Below, one piece after another: positions 39,478 through 49,853 of a stretch of 64,000 nucleotides of DNA. The stretch is taken from contig JAXHNB010000006.1 in assembly GCA_034520945.1 (NCBI GenBank), forward strand, positions 800,001 to 864,000, given 5' to 3'. The stretch comes from Trueperaceae bacterium. GTDB lineage: Bacteria; Deinococcota; Deinococci; Deinococcales; Trueperaceae. Position numbers and translations under genes: made by a program. The stretch's first letter is position 1, and each line of letters starts with the position of its first letter. The notes under the pieces are model-generated. The model did not search any database and was not told the DNA's origin. It worked only from the letters and a program-made list of their open reading frames with translations.

Positions 39478-40633
39478 GCGGGTCGGCCCCCTTCAAGCGC
39501 GGATCGTTGTGCGGAAGGACCGGGTTGGCGCCGAGTCGGCGGAAATAGAAGAACAACCACACTCCGCCGATCCCGAGCAGGAGCAGTACGTCTGGCACGG
39601 TGAGCTGCGTCCCCGCCCGTTCGTAGGTGGGGACCACGAACCAGATCAGGTTGATCAGCTGCATCAGGATGGCCCACGCGGCCACGGCGGCCAGGGCCGT
39701 GCGCTTGCGCTTGACCCAGCGCGAGAACAGCACCAGGAACGGCGCGAGGAAGCCGAACAGGAGCAGGAAGCCTGCGACGCTCGCCCAGGCCGGATCGAAC
39801 CGCACCACGTACCACGGGTTGGTCTCGATGACGTTGCCGGACCAGATGATGATCAGCTGCGAGAACGACACGTACGCCCAGAACAACACGAACGCCATCA
39901 GGTAGTTGCCCAGGTCCTGCAGGCGCTTGGCGGTCAGGAGCCCGTCGATCGTTTCGCTGCGGCCGGCCAGGAGCACCATCACCAGGATCACGAAGGCGAT
40001 CGCGGTGATGGCCTGGGACGCCATCAGGATGACGCTGTAGATGCCCGACCACCACAGCGGCGTCAGCGACATGGCCCAGTCCACGCCCGCGAAGGTCATG
40101 GTCACGATGTAGAGGACCACCCACGGGCCGCTCATGTGCTTCAACCGGTACCCGATGCGGGCGCTCTGATCCGCGTCGCGGTCCTGGCGAGCCGAGCCAC
40201 GCAGGTACCACCAGGCAGCCAGGATCCAGAGTCCGAAGTACACCGCGGCGCGCACCACGAAGAACGTCGTGTTCAGGTACGCCGACTTCGCATCCAGCAA
40301 GGGACTGTCCGCCACCACCTGCGCGTCCGTCCAGACGTACAGCACGTTCATGCCGAACAGGACCGGCAGGAACGCCAGCGCCATCACGGGCATGAGCGAG
40401 ACCCCGGCCTCCAGCGGGCGCTGAATCACGGCGGCCCAGGAGCCGCCCGCCAGGTGCCCGACGACCAACAGGATCAGGCACCCGAGACTGAGGCCGACCC
40501 AGAACAGGTAGGAGAGTAGGTACGACTCGTAGAAACCGCTGCCGAGGCCGGTCAGGACGCCGCCGATCAGGCCGACCGCGCCGAGCAGCAGGGCCACGGT
40601 CGGGCCGCGCCGGAAGTGCACGCGTTCCATCAC
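39470..40633 (-). CDS. actF: Alternative complex III subunit ActF
   Basis: About 10 TM; GGSW, DWAMSL.P.W.S, DLGN, FWAY..FSQ..IIWSGN. Confidence 0.9.
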   Translation of the reverse strand: MMERVHFRRGPTVALLLGAVGLIGGVLTGLGSGFYESYLLSYLFWVGLSLGCLILLVVGHLAGGSWAAVIQRPLEAGVSLMPVMALAFLPVLFGMNVLYVWTDAQVVADSPLLDAKSAYLNTTFFVVRAAVYFGLWILAAWWYLRGSARQDRDADQSARIGYRLKHMSGPWVVLYIVTMTFAGVDWAMSLTPLWWSGIYSVILMASQAITAIAFVILVMVLLAGRSETIDGLLTAKRLQDLGNYLMAFVLFWAYVSFSQLIIIWSGNVIETNPWYVVRFDPAWASVAGFLLLFGFLAPFLVLFSRWVKRKRTALAAVAAWAILMQLINLIWFVVPTYERAGTQLTVPDVLLLLGIGGVWLFFYFRRLGANPVLPHNDPRLKGADPHA

Positions 40634-41244
40634 CGCACCGCCCCTTCGGCGTCCAGGACCGTGTCTAGCACGTCGTTCGGCACGTCGTCGAGGGTGGCGT
40701 TCTGGCTCAGTTGCAACGCCTTGACGTAACCAGCGATCGCCCAGCGGTCCTCGACGGGCACCCGCGAGGCGTAGGAGTACATACGGCCGAACCCGTTGGT
40801 GATGGCGTTGAAGTAGTACCCTACCGGGGCGTCCAACAAACGCTGCTCATGGAACGACGTCGGCTGGGGGAAGCCCCGCTGGACGATCATGCCGTCACCT
40901 TCGCCGCTGTAGCCGTGGCAGGGGGCGCAGTAGATGTTGTAGCGTTCCTGCCCGCGGCGCAGCAGGTCGGCCGACACCTCGACGGGCAGCTCGCTCACCG
41001 CGCCCTGGTCGTCCTGGCCGGTGAGGTAGACGGGGTCGAGCCCACCTCGCTCCCGGGAAATGGTGCCGCCGGGAAGCGGGCGTGCCGCCGCCCCGTCCTC
41101 GAAGAACGCGCTGCGCTCGAACGTGTCGGCGCGGGGATTGTCGTACATGTTGCGCCCGCAGGCGGTGAGGGTCAGCACCAGGGCCAACAGCGCCAGGGGC
41201 CAGAGCCTGCGCTTGGGGTGAGGGGTCGCGAACGGGGTCGTCAC
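40630..41244 (-). CDS. actE: Alternative complex III monoheme lipoprotein ActE
   Basis: Lipobox LTAC, NMYD, RGQERYNIYCAPCH, NGFGRM, DRWAI. Confidence 0.92.
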   Translation of the reverse strand: MTTPFATPHPKRRLWPLALLALVLTLTACGRNMYDNPRADTFERSAFFEDGAAARPLPGGTISRERGGLDPVYLTGQDDQGAVSELPVEVSADLLRRGQERYNIYCAPCHGYSGEGDGMIVQRGFPQPTSFHEQRLLDAPVGYYFNAITNGFGRMYSYASRVPVEDRWAIAGYVKALQLSQNATLDDVPNDVLDTVLDAEGAVR

Positions 41245-41817
41245 TTAGCGCTCCACTCCCGACACACGTACGGGGCCGAGCCCCTCCAGGAACGTGCGGG
41301 TCGATGCCTCATCGAAGCGGGGGTCGCGGGCCTCGATGCAGAGGAAGAACCGGTCCCGCGTCGCCGCCTCGAAGTTGGGCGTGTTGAAGATCGGATGGTA
41401 GGGGCGGGGCAGCCCGTTGCGGCCCAGCATGAACAGCCCCGCCGTGAACGCGGACAGCAGCACCGTGCACTCGAAGGTGATCACGATGAACTGAGGCCAG
41501 GCGTTGAGGGGGGTGCCGCCGATGTTGAGCGGATAGAAGATCGCGTTCGAGTACCACTGCATGAAGAACCCGCCGACGGCGCCGGCGATGCCGGCGGCCA
41601 GCACGACCCAGCCGAGCCTCGTCGGTTTCATGCCGAGCTTCTCGTCCAGCCCTTCCACCGGGTACGGCGTGTACGCGTCCATGGTCTGGTAGCCGACCTC
41701 GCGGGCCCTGTCCGCAGCCGTCTCGAGCGCCTCGACCTCCGCGAACTCGGCCACCAGCCCGTAGAGGTCGCCGTTCGCTTCGGTGCTCGTCGTGTGCGCA
41801 GCGTTTGCGTTGCTCAC
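41245..41817 (-). CDS. actD: Alternative complex III subunit ActD (DUF3341)
   Basis: GLVAEF, DAYTPYPVEG, YPLNIGG.P, ITFE, DRFFL; GTG 41817. Confidence 0.9.
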   Translation of the reverse strand: MSNANAAHTTSTEANGDLYGLVAEFAEVEALETAADRAREVGYQTMDAYTPYPVEGLDEKLGMKPTRLGWVVLAAGIAGAVGGFFMQWYSNAIFYPLNIGGTPLNAWPQFIVITFECTVLLSAFTAGLFMLGRNGLPRPYHPIFNTPNFEAATRDRFFLCIEARDPRFDEASTRTFLEGLGPVRVSGVER

Positions 41818-43247
41818 GTGCGTGCCTCCTCGGCGAAGTAGTCCTGCCGGACCGTTTCGTACGGGTCGGAGCCGTGGTGCGCGTCGTGATGCGCCAGCTC
41901 CTTCATCTCCGAGGTCGCGATGGAGGGGAGCAGGCGGATGAACAGGAAGAACAACGTCAGGAACAGGCCGAACGAACCGATGTACAGGCTCCAGTCCCAG
42001 AAGGTGCTGACGTAGTCGCCCCAGCTGGACGGCAGAAAGTCCTTCGTCAACGTCACCGCGACGATCACGAACCGCTCCAGCCACATGCCGATCGAAACGA
42101 TGATGCTGATCGCGAACAACGCCAACGGGCTCTGGCGGACGCGCCGGAACCACAACGGTTGGATCGCCACGAAGTTGCAGGCGATCAGCAGCCAGAACGC
42201 CCAGCCGTGATCCGCGCCGAGCACGCGGTTGTAGGCCATGAAGCGCTCGAACTCGACCCCCGAGTACCAGGCGTTGAAGATCTCGATCACGTAGCCGTAC
42301 ACCACGATCATGCCGGTCGCCAGCATCAGCTTGGCACTGTTGTCCAGGTGCCGCATCGTGATCAGGTTCTCCAGCCCGAAGGCACGACGCAACGGCACCG
42401 CCAGCAACAGCACCATGGCGAAGCCGGCGAACACGGCGCCCGCCACGAAGTAGGGCGGCATCACGGTGTTGTTCCAGCCCGGAAGCTGGCTCACGGCGAA
42501 GTCCATGGCGATCGTGGAGTGCACCGACAGCACCAGCGGGAACGACAGCGCGGCCAACAGCAGGTAGGCGCGCTGGTAGCGCTGCCAAGCTTTGGCGGAG
42601 CCGTTCCAGCCGAGGCACAGCGTTCCGTACAACAACTTCTGGAAGCGGGTCCGGCTCTGATCACGCAACGTGGCGAGGTCCGGCACCAGCCCGATGTACC
42701 AGAACAGGATCGACACCGAGGCGTAGGTGCCGATCGCGAACAGGTCCCAATCCAGGGGGCTGCGGAACTGGGGCCACAAGCCCATGGTGTTGGGGTAGGG
42801 AAGAAGCCAGTAGAACACCCACGGACGGCCCAGGTGCAGAATGGGGTACAGCCCCGCGCACACCACGGCGAAGATCGTCATCGCCTCCGCGAAGCGGTTG
42901 ATCGAGGTTCGCCACGGCTGCCGGAACAGCAACAGCGCCGCCGAGATCAATGTCCCGGCGTGCCCAATGCCGATCCACCACACGAAGTTGATGATCGGCA
43001 TCCCCCAGGCGACGGGCATGTTGTTGCCCCACACGCCGGTGCCGCGGGTAATCAGCACCACGATCGATACCAGGTACAGGCCCAGCAGCGCCAGCGAGAT
43101 GCCGAAGCCGATCCACCACCAGCGGGGCGTCCGCCCGAGGCCGATCAGGACCGGCGCGTTGACCGAATCGTCGATCCGCCCCGCGTCCTGCGCGGGCCCG
43201 ATGACGCGCTGCGTCTCGCCGGGGGCTCGCCCTCCACGGACCGCCAT
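41814..43247 (-). CDS. actC: Alternative complex III NrfD/PsrC-like quinol-binding subunit ActC
   Basis: NFVWWIGIGHAGTLISA, RFAEAMT, HLGRPW, WPQFRSPL, WLERF. Confidence 0.94.
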   Translation of the reverse strand: MAVRGGRAPGETQRVIGPAQDAGRIDDSVNAPVLIGLGRTPRWWWIGFGISLALLGLYLVSIVVLITRGTGVWGNNMPVAWGMPIINFVWWIGIGHAGTLISAALLLFRQPWRTSINRFAEAMTIFAVVCAGLYPILHLGRPWVFYWLLPYPNTMGLWPQFRSPLDWDLFAIGTYASVSILFWYIGLVPDLATLRDQSRTRFQKLLYGTLCLGWNGSAKAWQRYQRAYLLLAALSFPLVLSVHSTIAMDFAVSQLPGWNNTVMPPYFVAGAVFAGFAMVLLLAVPLRRAFGLENLITMRHLDNSAKLMLATGMIVVYGYVIEIFNAWYSGVEFERFMAYNRVLGADHGWAFWLLIACNFVAIQPLWFRRVRQSPLALFAISIIVSIGMWLERFVIVAVTLTKDFLPSSWGDYVSTFWDWSLYIGSFGLFLTLFFLFIRLLPSIATSEMKELAHHDAHHGSDPYETVRQDYFAEEART

Positions 43248-46231
43248 CACGCCACCCCCGAATCGTCGCCCGCGAGCGCGGGATGGGGGTTCCGCACGTG
43301 CGCCAGGTAGGTGGTTCGCGGTACCGTGTTGAGCTCCTCCAACACGGCGTAGTTCAGCACGGAGCGTTTGGTGGCGGTGACGCGGCTCTCGGGGTCGTTG
43401 GTGTCGCCGAACACGATCGCCTCGCTGGGGCAGGCCGCCTGGCAGGCGGTCACGATCTCGCCGTCGCGAATGGCGCGATCCTCGGCGTTGGCGTCCACCC
43501 GCGCCCGCGAGATGCGCTGCGTGCAGTAGGTGCACTTCTCCATCACGCCACGGCTGCGCACGGTGACGTCGGGGTTGTTGGCCAGGCTGAGCTCGGTCGC
43601 GTTCCCCTCCAACTCCGCGTACTGCAGGTAGTTGAAGCGCCGTACCTTGTACGGGCAGTTGTTGGAGCAGTAGCGCGTGCCCACGCACCGGTTGTACACC
43701 ATCACGTTCAGGCCTTCGCTGTCGTGCACGGTCGCGCCGACGGGGCAGACCGGCTCGCAGGGGGCGCGTTCGCAGTGCTGGCACGCCATCGGCATGTGGT
43801 AGAAGTCCGGGTCGTCCACACCGCCGGCGAAGTACCCGTCCACCCGGATCCAGTGCATCTCGCGGCCGATGCGTACCTGGTCCTTGCCGACGATCGGCAC
43901 GTTGTTCTCGGCCTGGCAGGCGGTCACGCAGGCGTTGCAGCCGGTGCAGACCGACATGTCGATCACCATGCCCCAGGCGTACGACTCGTACACGTAATCA
44001 TTGCGCAGGTCGCTCTCGTGGTGCTCGACCGGATGCACGAAGCTCGGGTGGTCCGGCTCGGCCTGCAGGTCCTGCAGCGTGCCGTGACGCACGATGTGCC
44101 GTCGTTCGGCGGTGCCGTCCAACGCTGCGTGCAACTGCGTCGAGGCCAGTTCCTGACGACCGCGCGCCTTGGCGGCGCGCACCGGCGCGGGGCCCGGCGT
44201 GCGCCCCATCAGGCGGTAGGCGTCCACGCCGACACCGTCGCCGACGCGGCCGGCCGCCTCACGCCCGTAGCCGAGGTGCAGCACGACCACCCCGTCCGCC
44301 TGACCCGGCAGGATCCACACCGGGGCCGTGACGCTGCGCCCTTCGACCTCCAGGTCCAGCAGGTCCTCGTTGCGGACGCCCAGCGACTCGGCGGTGGCGG
44401 CGCTCAGCAGGGCGGCATTGTCCCAGGTCAGCTTGGTGAACGGCTTGGGGAGCTCCTGCAGCCAGCCGTTGTTGGACCAGCGGCCGTCGCCCAGGCTCGG
44501 GTCGGGCCGCAGCACCAGCGTGAGCTCGTCCGAGCGGGGTGGCAGGGACAGGTCCAGGCTGCCGAGCGACGCGTCGACCTCGGACGCGGCGCTGTCACGC
44601 ACGGTCCCGCGGTGCACGGTGTCGCGCCAGAAGCCCTCGAAGTCGCCGTCGACGCGCTGGCGCCAGGTTTCGCGCACCAGGTCGTGCGCGCTGGCGTCGG
44701 GCGCACCCGAGAGGAGGGAGAGCAGCTCGTGCGGCGCGCGTCCGCCGTAGAACGGCTGGATCAGCGGCTGCATCACGTTGGCGGTGCCGTCGAAGGCGCG
44801 GGCGTCGCTCCAGGTCTCCAGGTGGTGCGCCTCGGGCACGTGCCAGGTGGTGGCGGATCCCGTCTCGTCGCGGTACAGGCCCATGTGAAGGCTGGTGCCC
44901 ACGCGGCGCAGCGCGGCGGCGAAATCCAGCGCCGCCGGTGCGGTGTACACGGGGTTCGCGCCCAGGATCACCAGCCGCTCGACCTCGCCGGCGTTCATGG
45001 CGTCCACCAGCTCCCCCAGCGATTCCGCGTGGCTTTCCGGGCGCATCTCGACCGGCTCGCGCAGTGACACCGTGCGCCCCACGGCGTCCAGCGCTTCGTT
45101 CATGGCGAGCGCCAGCGCGTGCACTTCCGCTGGCTGATCCTGCCCGGCGACCACCAGCGACCGGCCGCGGTTGGCCTCGAGGTCCTCGACCAGCGCGTCG
45201 ACCAGGGCGGGGTCCACCTCGCCGCTCAGTTCGGCCTCGGGACCGTCGACGCCGAGACGCCGGGCCACGACCGCCGCCAGCCCCGCGATCTCGGCGGGCG
45301 CCAGGCGCAGGCGGTGGTCCGCCAGCGATCCGGTCGGGGACGGCGTGGTCTCGGCCATGTACAACCGGTTCATGGTGTCCTCGGCGGTGCGAACGCGCCG
45401 CCGCCGCGCGAATGCGCGCGCGTGGGCCAAGCGGCCCGGCCCCCGGTTCATGAAGTCCGCGTCCAGGGAGAACACCACGTCGGCGGCGCCGAAGTCGGGC
45501 ACCACCTGCACGTCGCGGCCGTACGCCGCGCGCGCGCCGAGGACGGCCCCGTCGGCGTGCTGTGGGTCGTACTGATGCCAACGAAGCTCCGGATGGGCCC
45601 GTTGCAGCTCCGTGATCTGCCGCGCCAGCGTCGGCGAGGTGACGGTTTCGGTGAGGAGCCGGACGCCCGAGCCGTCGCCGAGGTCGGAGAACGCCTCCGC
45701 CAGGTCCGCCCAGGTGCGCGCCGCGCCATCCTCGCTGATGGCCTGCGAGCGGTCCGGGTCGTAGAGGGTCAGCACGGTGGCTTGCGTGACGGCGGTGGTC
45801 GCGCCGAGGCTGGCCGGGTGGTCGGGGTTGCCCTCCACCTTGGTGGGGCGGCCCTGGTGACTCTCGGCCAGCAGCCCTTCGGCGTACCCGCCGTCGGTGA
45901 TGGCGGTCGCGTAGTGCAGCGGGCGGCCGGGAACCACCTCTTCGGGCTGGCGCACGTAGGGCACGATCTTCTCGTGCGGCAGCGGCGGCCGTGCGCACGC
46001 GGACAGGCCCGCCAGCGCCAGGGAGGCGCCCAGCAGTTTGAGGAAGTCGCGACGCTTCAGCGACGCCTCGAGCGGCGCGGCCTGGCGGGGAAACTCCTCC
46101 GCCATGAACGCCTGGAACGCGTCGGTGTCGGCCACCTCGTCCAGGCCACGCCAGAACGCGCGCCCTTTGGTGTTCTGGAGGCGGTCGCGGATCTCCTGCA
46201 GGGTGGGGGTGTGGTTCTGGGCGTCGCTCAT
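43247..46231 (-). CDS. actB: Alternative complex III subunit ActB (molybdopterin-oxidoreductase-like + Fe-S domain)
   Basis: Tat motif KRRDFLK then LSAC; GRPTKVEGNPDHP; NNGWLQELP; CTGCNACVTAC, CQHC..APC..VCP, CVGTRYC..NCP, EKCTYC..ACQ.ACP. Confidence 0.94.
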   Translation of the reverse strand: MSDAQNHTPTLQEIRDRLQNTKGRAFWRGLDEVADTDAFQAFMAEEFPRQAAPLEASLKRRDFLKLLGASLALAGLSACARPPLPHEKIVPYVRQPEEVVPGRPLHYATAITDGGYAEGLLAESHQGRPTKVEGNPDHPASLGATTAVTQATVLTLYDPDRSQAISEDGAARTWADLAEAFSDLGDGSGVRLLTETVTSPTLARQITELQRAHPELRWHQYDPQHADGAVLGARAAYGRDVQVVPDFGAADVVFSLDADFMNRGPGRLAHARAFARRRRVRTAEDTMNRLYMAETTPSPTGSLADHRLRLAPAEIAGLAAVVARRLGVDGPEAELSGEVDPALVDALVEDLEANRGRSLVVAGQDQPAEVHALALAMNEALDAVGRTVSLREPVEMRPESHAESLGELVDAMNAGEVERLVILGANPVYTAPAALDFAAALRRVGTSLHMGLYRDETGSATTWHVPEAHHLETWSDARAFDGTANVMQPLIQPFYGGRAPHELLSLLSGAPDASAHDLVRETWRQRVDGDFEGFWRDTVHRGTVRDSAASEVDASLGSLDLSLPPRSDELTLVLRPDPSLGDGRWSNNGWLQELPKPFTKLTWDNAALLSAATAESLGVRNEDLLDLEVEGRSVTAPVWILPGQADGVVVLHLGYGREAAGRVGDGVGVDAYRLMGRTPGPAPVRAAKARGRQELASTQLHAALDGTAERRHIVRHGTLQDLQAEPDHPSFVHPVEHHESDLRNDYVYESYAWGMVIDMSVCTGCNACVTACQAENNVPIVGKDQVRIGREMHWIRVDGYFAGGVDDPDFYHMPMACQHCERAPCEPVCPVGATVHDSEGLNVMVYNRCVGTRYCSNNCPYKVRRFNYLQYAELEGNATELSLANNPDVTVRSRGVMEKCTYCTQRISRARVDANAEDRAIRDGEIVTACQAACPSEAIVFGDTNDPESRVTATKRSVLNYAVLEELNTVPRTTYLAHVRNPHPALAGDDSGVA

Positions 46232-46881
46232 CGGTGGCACGTCGAACACTGCGGAAGCTTCTCTTCGTTGATGTGGTAGGCCGCGACAAGCTCTCGTCCG
46301 AGCTCCGCTTGGTCGGCCGGGGGCGTGTAGGCCATGTCGAACACCTCGCTACGGGGACGAACGAACTTCTCTGGGGCGCGGTGGCACTCCAGACACCACC
46401 CCATCGTCATCGGTTCTTCCTTCCAGATGCCGGCCATCTGGTCGACGCGGCCGTGACAGGTGCTGCACCCGACGCCGCTCGCGAGGTGGGCGCTGTGATC
46501 GAAGTACGCGAAGTCCGCCAGGTCGTGCACCCGGTTCCACTCGATGGGGCGCTCCTGGTCCCAGCTCGCCTGGACGGCTTCCAGGGCCGGCGTGCCCACG
46601 CGGATCTGCGAATGGCAGGTCATGCAGGTCTCGGTCGGCGGAATGCCGGCCACGGAGGAGGTCTCGACCGAGGTGTGGCAGTAGCGGCAGTCCAGACCGA
46701 GTTGGCCCGCATGGAGGTCGTGTCGGAAGTCCACCGGTTGCGCGACGGGCACGCCGACGGCGTTGACGGTGGTGCGTGCGTAGAAGGCGAGCACCACCAT
46801 CAACAGCACCACGAACACGCCGCCGCCGACCACCAGCCATTTCGCGAACGCGTTCGCGTTGGGCGGGAAGTACTGGGGCAT
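46228..46881 (-). CDS. actA: Alternative complex III pentaheme cytochrome c ActA
   Basis: One TM; five CxxCH (CRYCH, CMTCH, CSTCH, CLECH, CSTCH); QPVDFRH. Confidence 0.94.
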   Translation of the reverse strand: MPQYFPPNANAFAKWLVVGGGVFVVLLMVVLAFYARTTVNAVGVPVAQPVDFRHDLHAGQLGLDCRYCHTSVETSSVAGIPPTETCMTCHSQIRVGTPALEAVQASWDQERPIEWNRVHDLADFAYFDHSAHLASGVGCSTCHGRVDQMAGIWKEEPMTMGWCLECHRAPEKFVRPRSEVFDMAYTPPADQAELGRELVAAYHINEEKLPQCSTCHR

Positions 46882-47221
46882 CAGATCGGTCCTTCGCGGG
46901 CTGTACGGGACGGTACCTCGCACGCGGGATTCGGGCTACGAAACGGTGGACGCCTGACGAGCAAGGCTGCTGACCTCCTGACGTGATGGCACGAGGGCGC
47001 GACGACCCTCCGGAACGTTGGGGGAGCGGCGCACAGCCGCGGTGCAGAACGGTGCGAAGATACCACAGCGATTTCCGGCGGGCTGCGGGGACATTCGTAC
47101 CCCCTTTCGCGCCCCTGGCTCGGGCCGACCGACGGGGCCCACCCTGCTGGGGGATGGGGCGACCCCCGGATCCGGGGCGTGCACGGGCGCGGGGGCGCCG
47201 CCTGCGCCATCACCTACGAAG

Positions 47222-47250
47222 GCGCACGCCCCCTGTCGAGGAGCGTGCGT
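47222..47250 (-). terminator. GC-rich hairpin downstream of tRNA-Ala
   Basis: GCACGC...GCGTGC inverted repeat; only a weak U tract. Confidence 0.4.
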
Positions 47251-47258
47251 CTCTCACG

Positions 47259-47334
47259 TGGTGGAGCCTGCCGGGCTCGAACCGGCGACCTTCCGCTTGC
47301 AAAGCGGATGCTCTCCCAGCTGAGCTAAGGCCCC
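47259..47334 (-). tRNA. tRNA-Ala(TGC)
   Basis: GGGGCCTTAGCTCAGCTGGGAGAGC...TCCGC-TTTGCAA-GCGGA...GGTTCGAGCCC...CTCCACCA; 76 nt with encoded CCA. Confidence 0.97.
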
Positions 47335-47375
47335 GCGCCTGCCCGCATGCGCCCAGCGTCTGCGCGGCACCGAGC

Positions 47376-47404
47376 AGAATACGCGCGCGCGGGGTAAGGG
47401 TCAA
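47376..47404 (-). promoter_or_regulatory. Promoter of tRNA-Ala
   Basis: TTGACC-17 nt-TATTCT; the -35 overlaps the stop codon of the PIN/TRAM gene. Confidence 0.75.
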
Positions 47405-48507
47405 GCGGACGTATTGCCTGCCGGCGCGCCCTCGTCGATCCGCGCGAAGATCATGCGGCCCATGTGGGTCTGCAGGCTGCTGGTGACGACGGCGTCCACG
47501 TTGGCGCCGACGCGGTCGGCCGCGTCCTCGATCACCACCATGGTGCCGTCCTCGAGGTAGGCGAGCCCCTGCCCCGGTTCCCGCCCGGTCCGCACCACGG
47601 AGAGGGAGAGCGTCTCGCCCGGCAGGTAGGTGGCCTTCACGGCGTTGGCCAGCCGGTGCAGGTTCATCACCCGCACGCCCTGCAGTTGGGCCACCTGGTT
47701 CAGGTTGTAGTCGGTGGTGATCAGGTCGGCGCCGCGCGCGCGGCACAGGCGGACCAGTTTGTCGTCGATCTCCTTGGCGTCGGGCACGTCGTCGTGAATC
47801 ACCTCGGTGCGGACGTCGGGGACCTCCGCCAGGCGTTCGAGCACCTCCAGGCCGCGCCGGCCGCGCTTGCGGCGCAACGTGTCGGCGTCGTCGGCGATGT
47901 GCTGCAACTCGCCCAGCACGAAGGCGGGGATCAGGATGCGCCCCTCCACGAAGTGTGCTTCGGCGACGTCCACCAGGCGGCCGTCGATGATGGCGCTGGT
48001 GTCGATCAGCTTGAGGCGGCCGGCCTCGTGCGGGGCGCCGGGCCGGCGGTCGGTGCTCGCGAACGGCAGCAGGCGACGGTTCGACACGAAGAAGGCGGCG
48101 CTGGACGCCACCAGCAGGCCGGCGATCAGCAGCGACCAGTACCAGGTGAAGCCGGGGACGTTGGCCAGCACGTTGTTGAGGAGCACCGTGATCACCAGCG
48201 CCACCGTGGCGCCGGTGCCCGCGGCCAGCACCGTTTCCGGAGGGATGCGCGCCAACCGGTTGGCCCAGGTGCCGACCTTGCGTTCCACCGCACGGGCCAC
48301 GCGCCCGCTCAGCAGCCATCCCACCAGGCCGCCCAGGAGGGACAGGTAGAGGAGGTTGTTCGGCCCCACCAGCGCGCCGCGGGCCAGCAGTGCGGCGGCC
48401 ACCCACGCGCCCACGGCCGCCATGCCCGCCGTCAGCGCCGCGCGCACCAACGCCACCGTCGGTCCGGCCATGCCGGCGCGCAGGCGCGTCCCAGACGGCA
48501 CGCGCAT
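47401..48507 (-). CDS. Membrane PIN/TRAM domain protein (YacL-like)
   Basis: 4 TM; KLIDTSAIIDGR, ELQHIAD...R.RGRRGL, TTDYNL, QGLAYLEDGTMVV, LQT..GRMIFA. Confidence 0.92.
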   Translation of the reverse strand: MRVPSGTRLRAGMAGPTVALVRAALTAGMAAVGAWVAAALLARGALVGPNNLLYLSLLGGLVGWLLSGRVARAVERKVGTWANRLARIPPETVLAAGTGATVALVITVLLNNVLANVPGFTWYWSLLIAGLLVASSAAFFVSNRRLLPFASTDRRPGAPHEAGRLKLIDTSAIIDGRLVDVAEAHFVEGRILIPAFVLGELQHIADDADTLRRKRGRRGLEVLERLAEVPDVRTEVIHDDVPDAKEIDDKLVRLCRARGADLITTDYNLNQVAQLQGVRVMNLHRLANAVKATYLPGETLSLSVVRTGREPGQGLAYLEDGTMVVIEDAADRVGANVDAVVTSSLQTHMGRMIFARIDEGAPAGNTSA

Positions 48508-49853
48508 CAGGACGTACCCGCCGGGACGGGTCCGTGGGCGCGGCGAATCGCAGCGGCCAGGTCGGGGCTTCCCCCGCCGGGAAGGTCGGCGTGGCGCGGC
48601 CCGATGACGGTGTCGAAGCCGACGCGCTGCGCCTCCGCCACGCGGCGCGGCAGTTGCGCCACGCCTCGAATCTCGCCGGCCAGGCCGACCTCGCCGACCA
48701 CCGCCGTCCCTTCGGGAAGGGGCCGGTTGGTGACGGCCGACCACACCGCCAGCGCCACCGCCAGGTCGGCGCCGGGGTCGGTGAGGCGGAGGCCGCCGGC
48801 GACGTTGACGAACACGTCCAGCCCGCCGAGGGGCAGCTCCAGGCGTCGCTCGAGGACGGCCAGCACCACGTCGACGCGGCGCGCGTCGAGGCCCTGGACG
48901 ACGCGCTTGGGGCTGGCGTACGGGCTTTTGGAGGCCAGCGCTTGCACCTCGAGCAACAATGGGCGCTGGCCCTCCAAGGCGGCCACGACGACGGAGCCGG
49001 GCACGCCCTTCGGCCGTTCTGCCAGGAAGGCCGCCGAAGGGTTGGCGACGGCCGTGAGTCCCTCGTTTCGCATCTCGAAGACCCCCACCTCGCCGGCGGG
49101 GCCGAAGCGGTTCTTCAGTGCCCGCAGCACGCGGTAGCCCGCGGCGGATTCCAGGGCGAGGGTGGCGTCCACCATGTGCTCGACCACCTTGGGGCCGGCG
49201 AATGACCCCTGTTTGGTGACGTGACCGATCGCCACCAGGGTGGTGCCGCATTCCTTGGCGGCGCGCGCCAGCACGGCGGTGCCGTCCCGCACCTGCGTCA
49301 CGCTGCCGGGGGCGGCGTCCTCGCTCAGGCGAAGCGTCTGAATGCTGTCGACGATGGCGAGGTCGGGCGCGTCGGCCAGGAGGTGGTCACCCAGCGTGGG
49401 GGCGTGCGTCTCACGCGTGAGCGAGAGCCCGTGGCCGAGCCCCAACCGGTCGGCCCGCGCCTTGATCTGCGATGCCGATTCCTCGCCCGCGACGTACAGC
49501 GTGCGGCGGCCGGCCAGGTGCGCATGGTGCGCCAGCTGCAGCAGCAGGGTCGACTTGCCGATGCCCGGTTCGCCCGCCAGCAGAAGCGCCGCGCCGTGCA
49601 CCCAGCCGCCCCCCAGGACGCGGTCGACCTCCGCGACGCCGGAGGAGACCCGGTGGGCGGCGGCATCCTCGACCTCGTTCAAGGTGCGGACTTCGACGGG
49701 GCGACGATCGTGGGTTCCTCCGGCGCCTGACCGCCCCGGCCGGGGGGCGGGCCGCATGGAGCCCCAGGCGCCACACGATGGGCAGCGCCCCATCGGGGTG
49801 GCCGACCGGGCGCCGCAGGCGTCGCACACGTGATCGCTCACGGCCTTCGGCAT
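48507..49853 (-). CDS. radA: DNA repair protein RadA/Sms
   Basis: C4 zinc finger, GEPGIGKST, DSIQT, GHVTK, KNRFG, Lon-like C-terminus. Confidence 0.96.
   Translation of the reverse strand: MPKAVSDHVCDACGARSATPMGRCPSCGAWGSMRPAPRPGRSGAGGTHDRRPVEVRTLNEVEDAAAHRVSSGVAEVDRVLGGGWVHGAALLLAGEPGIGKSTLLLQLAHHAHLAGRRTLYVAGEESASQIKARADRLGLGHGLSLTRETHAPTLGDHLLADAPDLAIVDSIQTLRLSEDAAPGSVTQVRDGTAVLARAAKECGTTLVAIGHVTKQGSFAGPKVVEHMVDATLALESAAGYRVLRALKNRFGPAGEVGVFEMRNEGLTAVANPSAAFLAERPKGVPGSVVVAALEGQRPLLLEVQALASKSPYASPKRVVQGLDARRVDVVLAVLERRLELPLGGLDVFVNVAGGLRLTDPGADLAVALAVWSAVTNRPLPEGTAVVGEVGLAGEIRGVAQLPRRVAEAQRVGFDTVIGPRHADLPGGGSPDLAAAIRRAHGPVPAGTS

Noticed and set aside
43247..46231. ActB as an active molybdoenzyme (polysulfide/nitrate reductase-like)
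   Set aside because: The actA-F context and fused B1/B2 layout identify ACIII, whose ActB binds no molybdopterin.
47221..47340. tRNA-Ala and tRNA-Leu (55415-55501) as integration sites
   Set aside because: No integrase, duplicated tRNA 3' end or compositional shift seen; the flanks are housekeeping genes.
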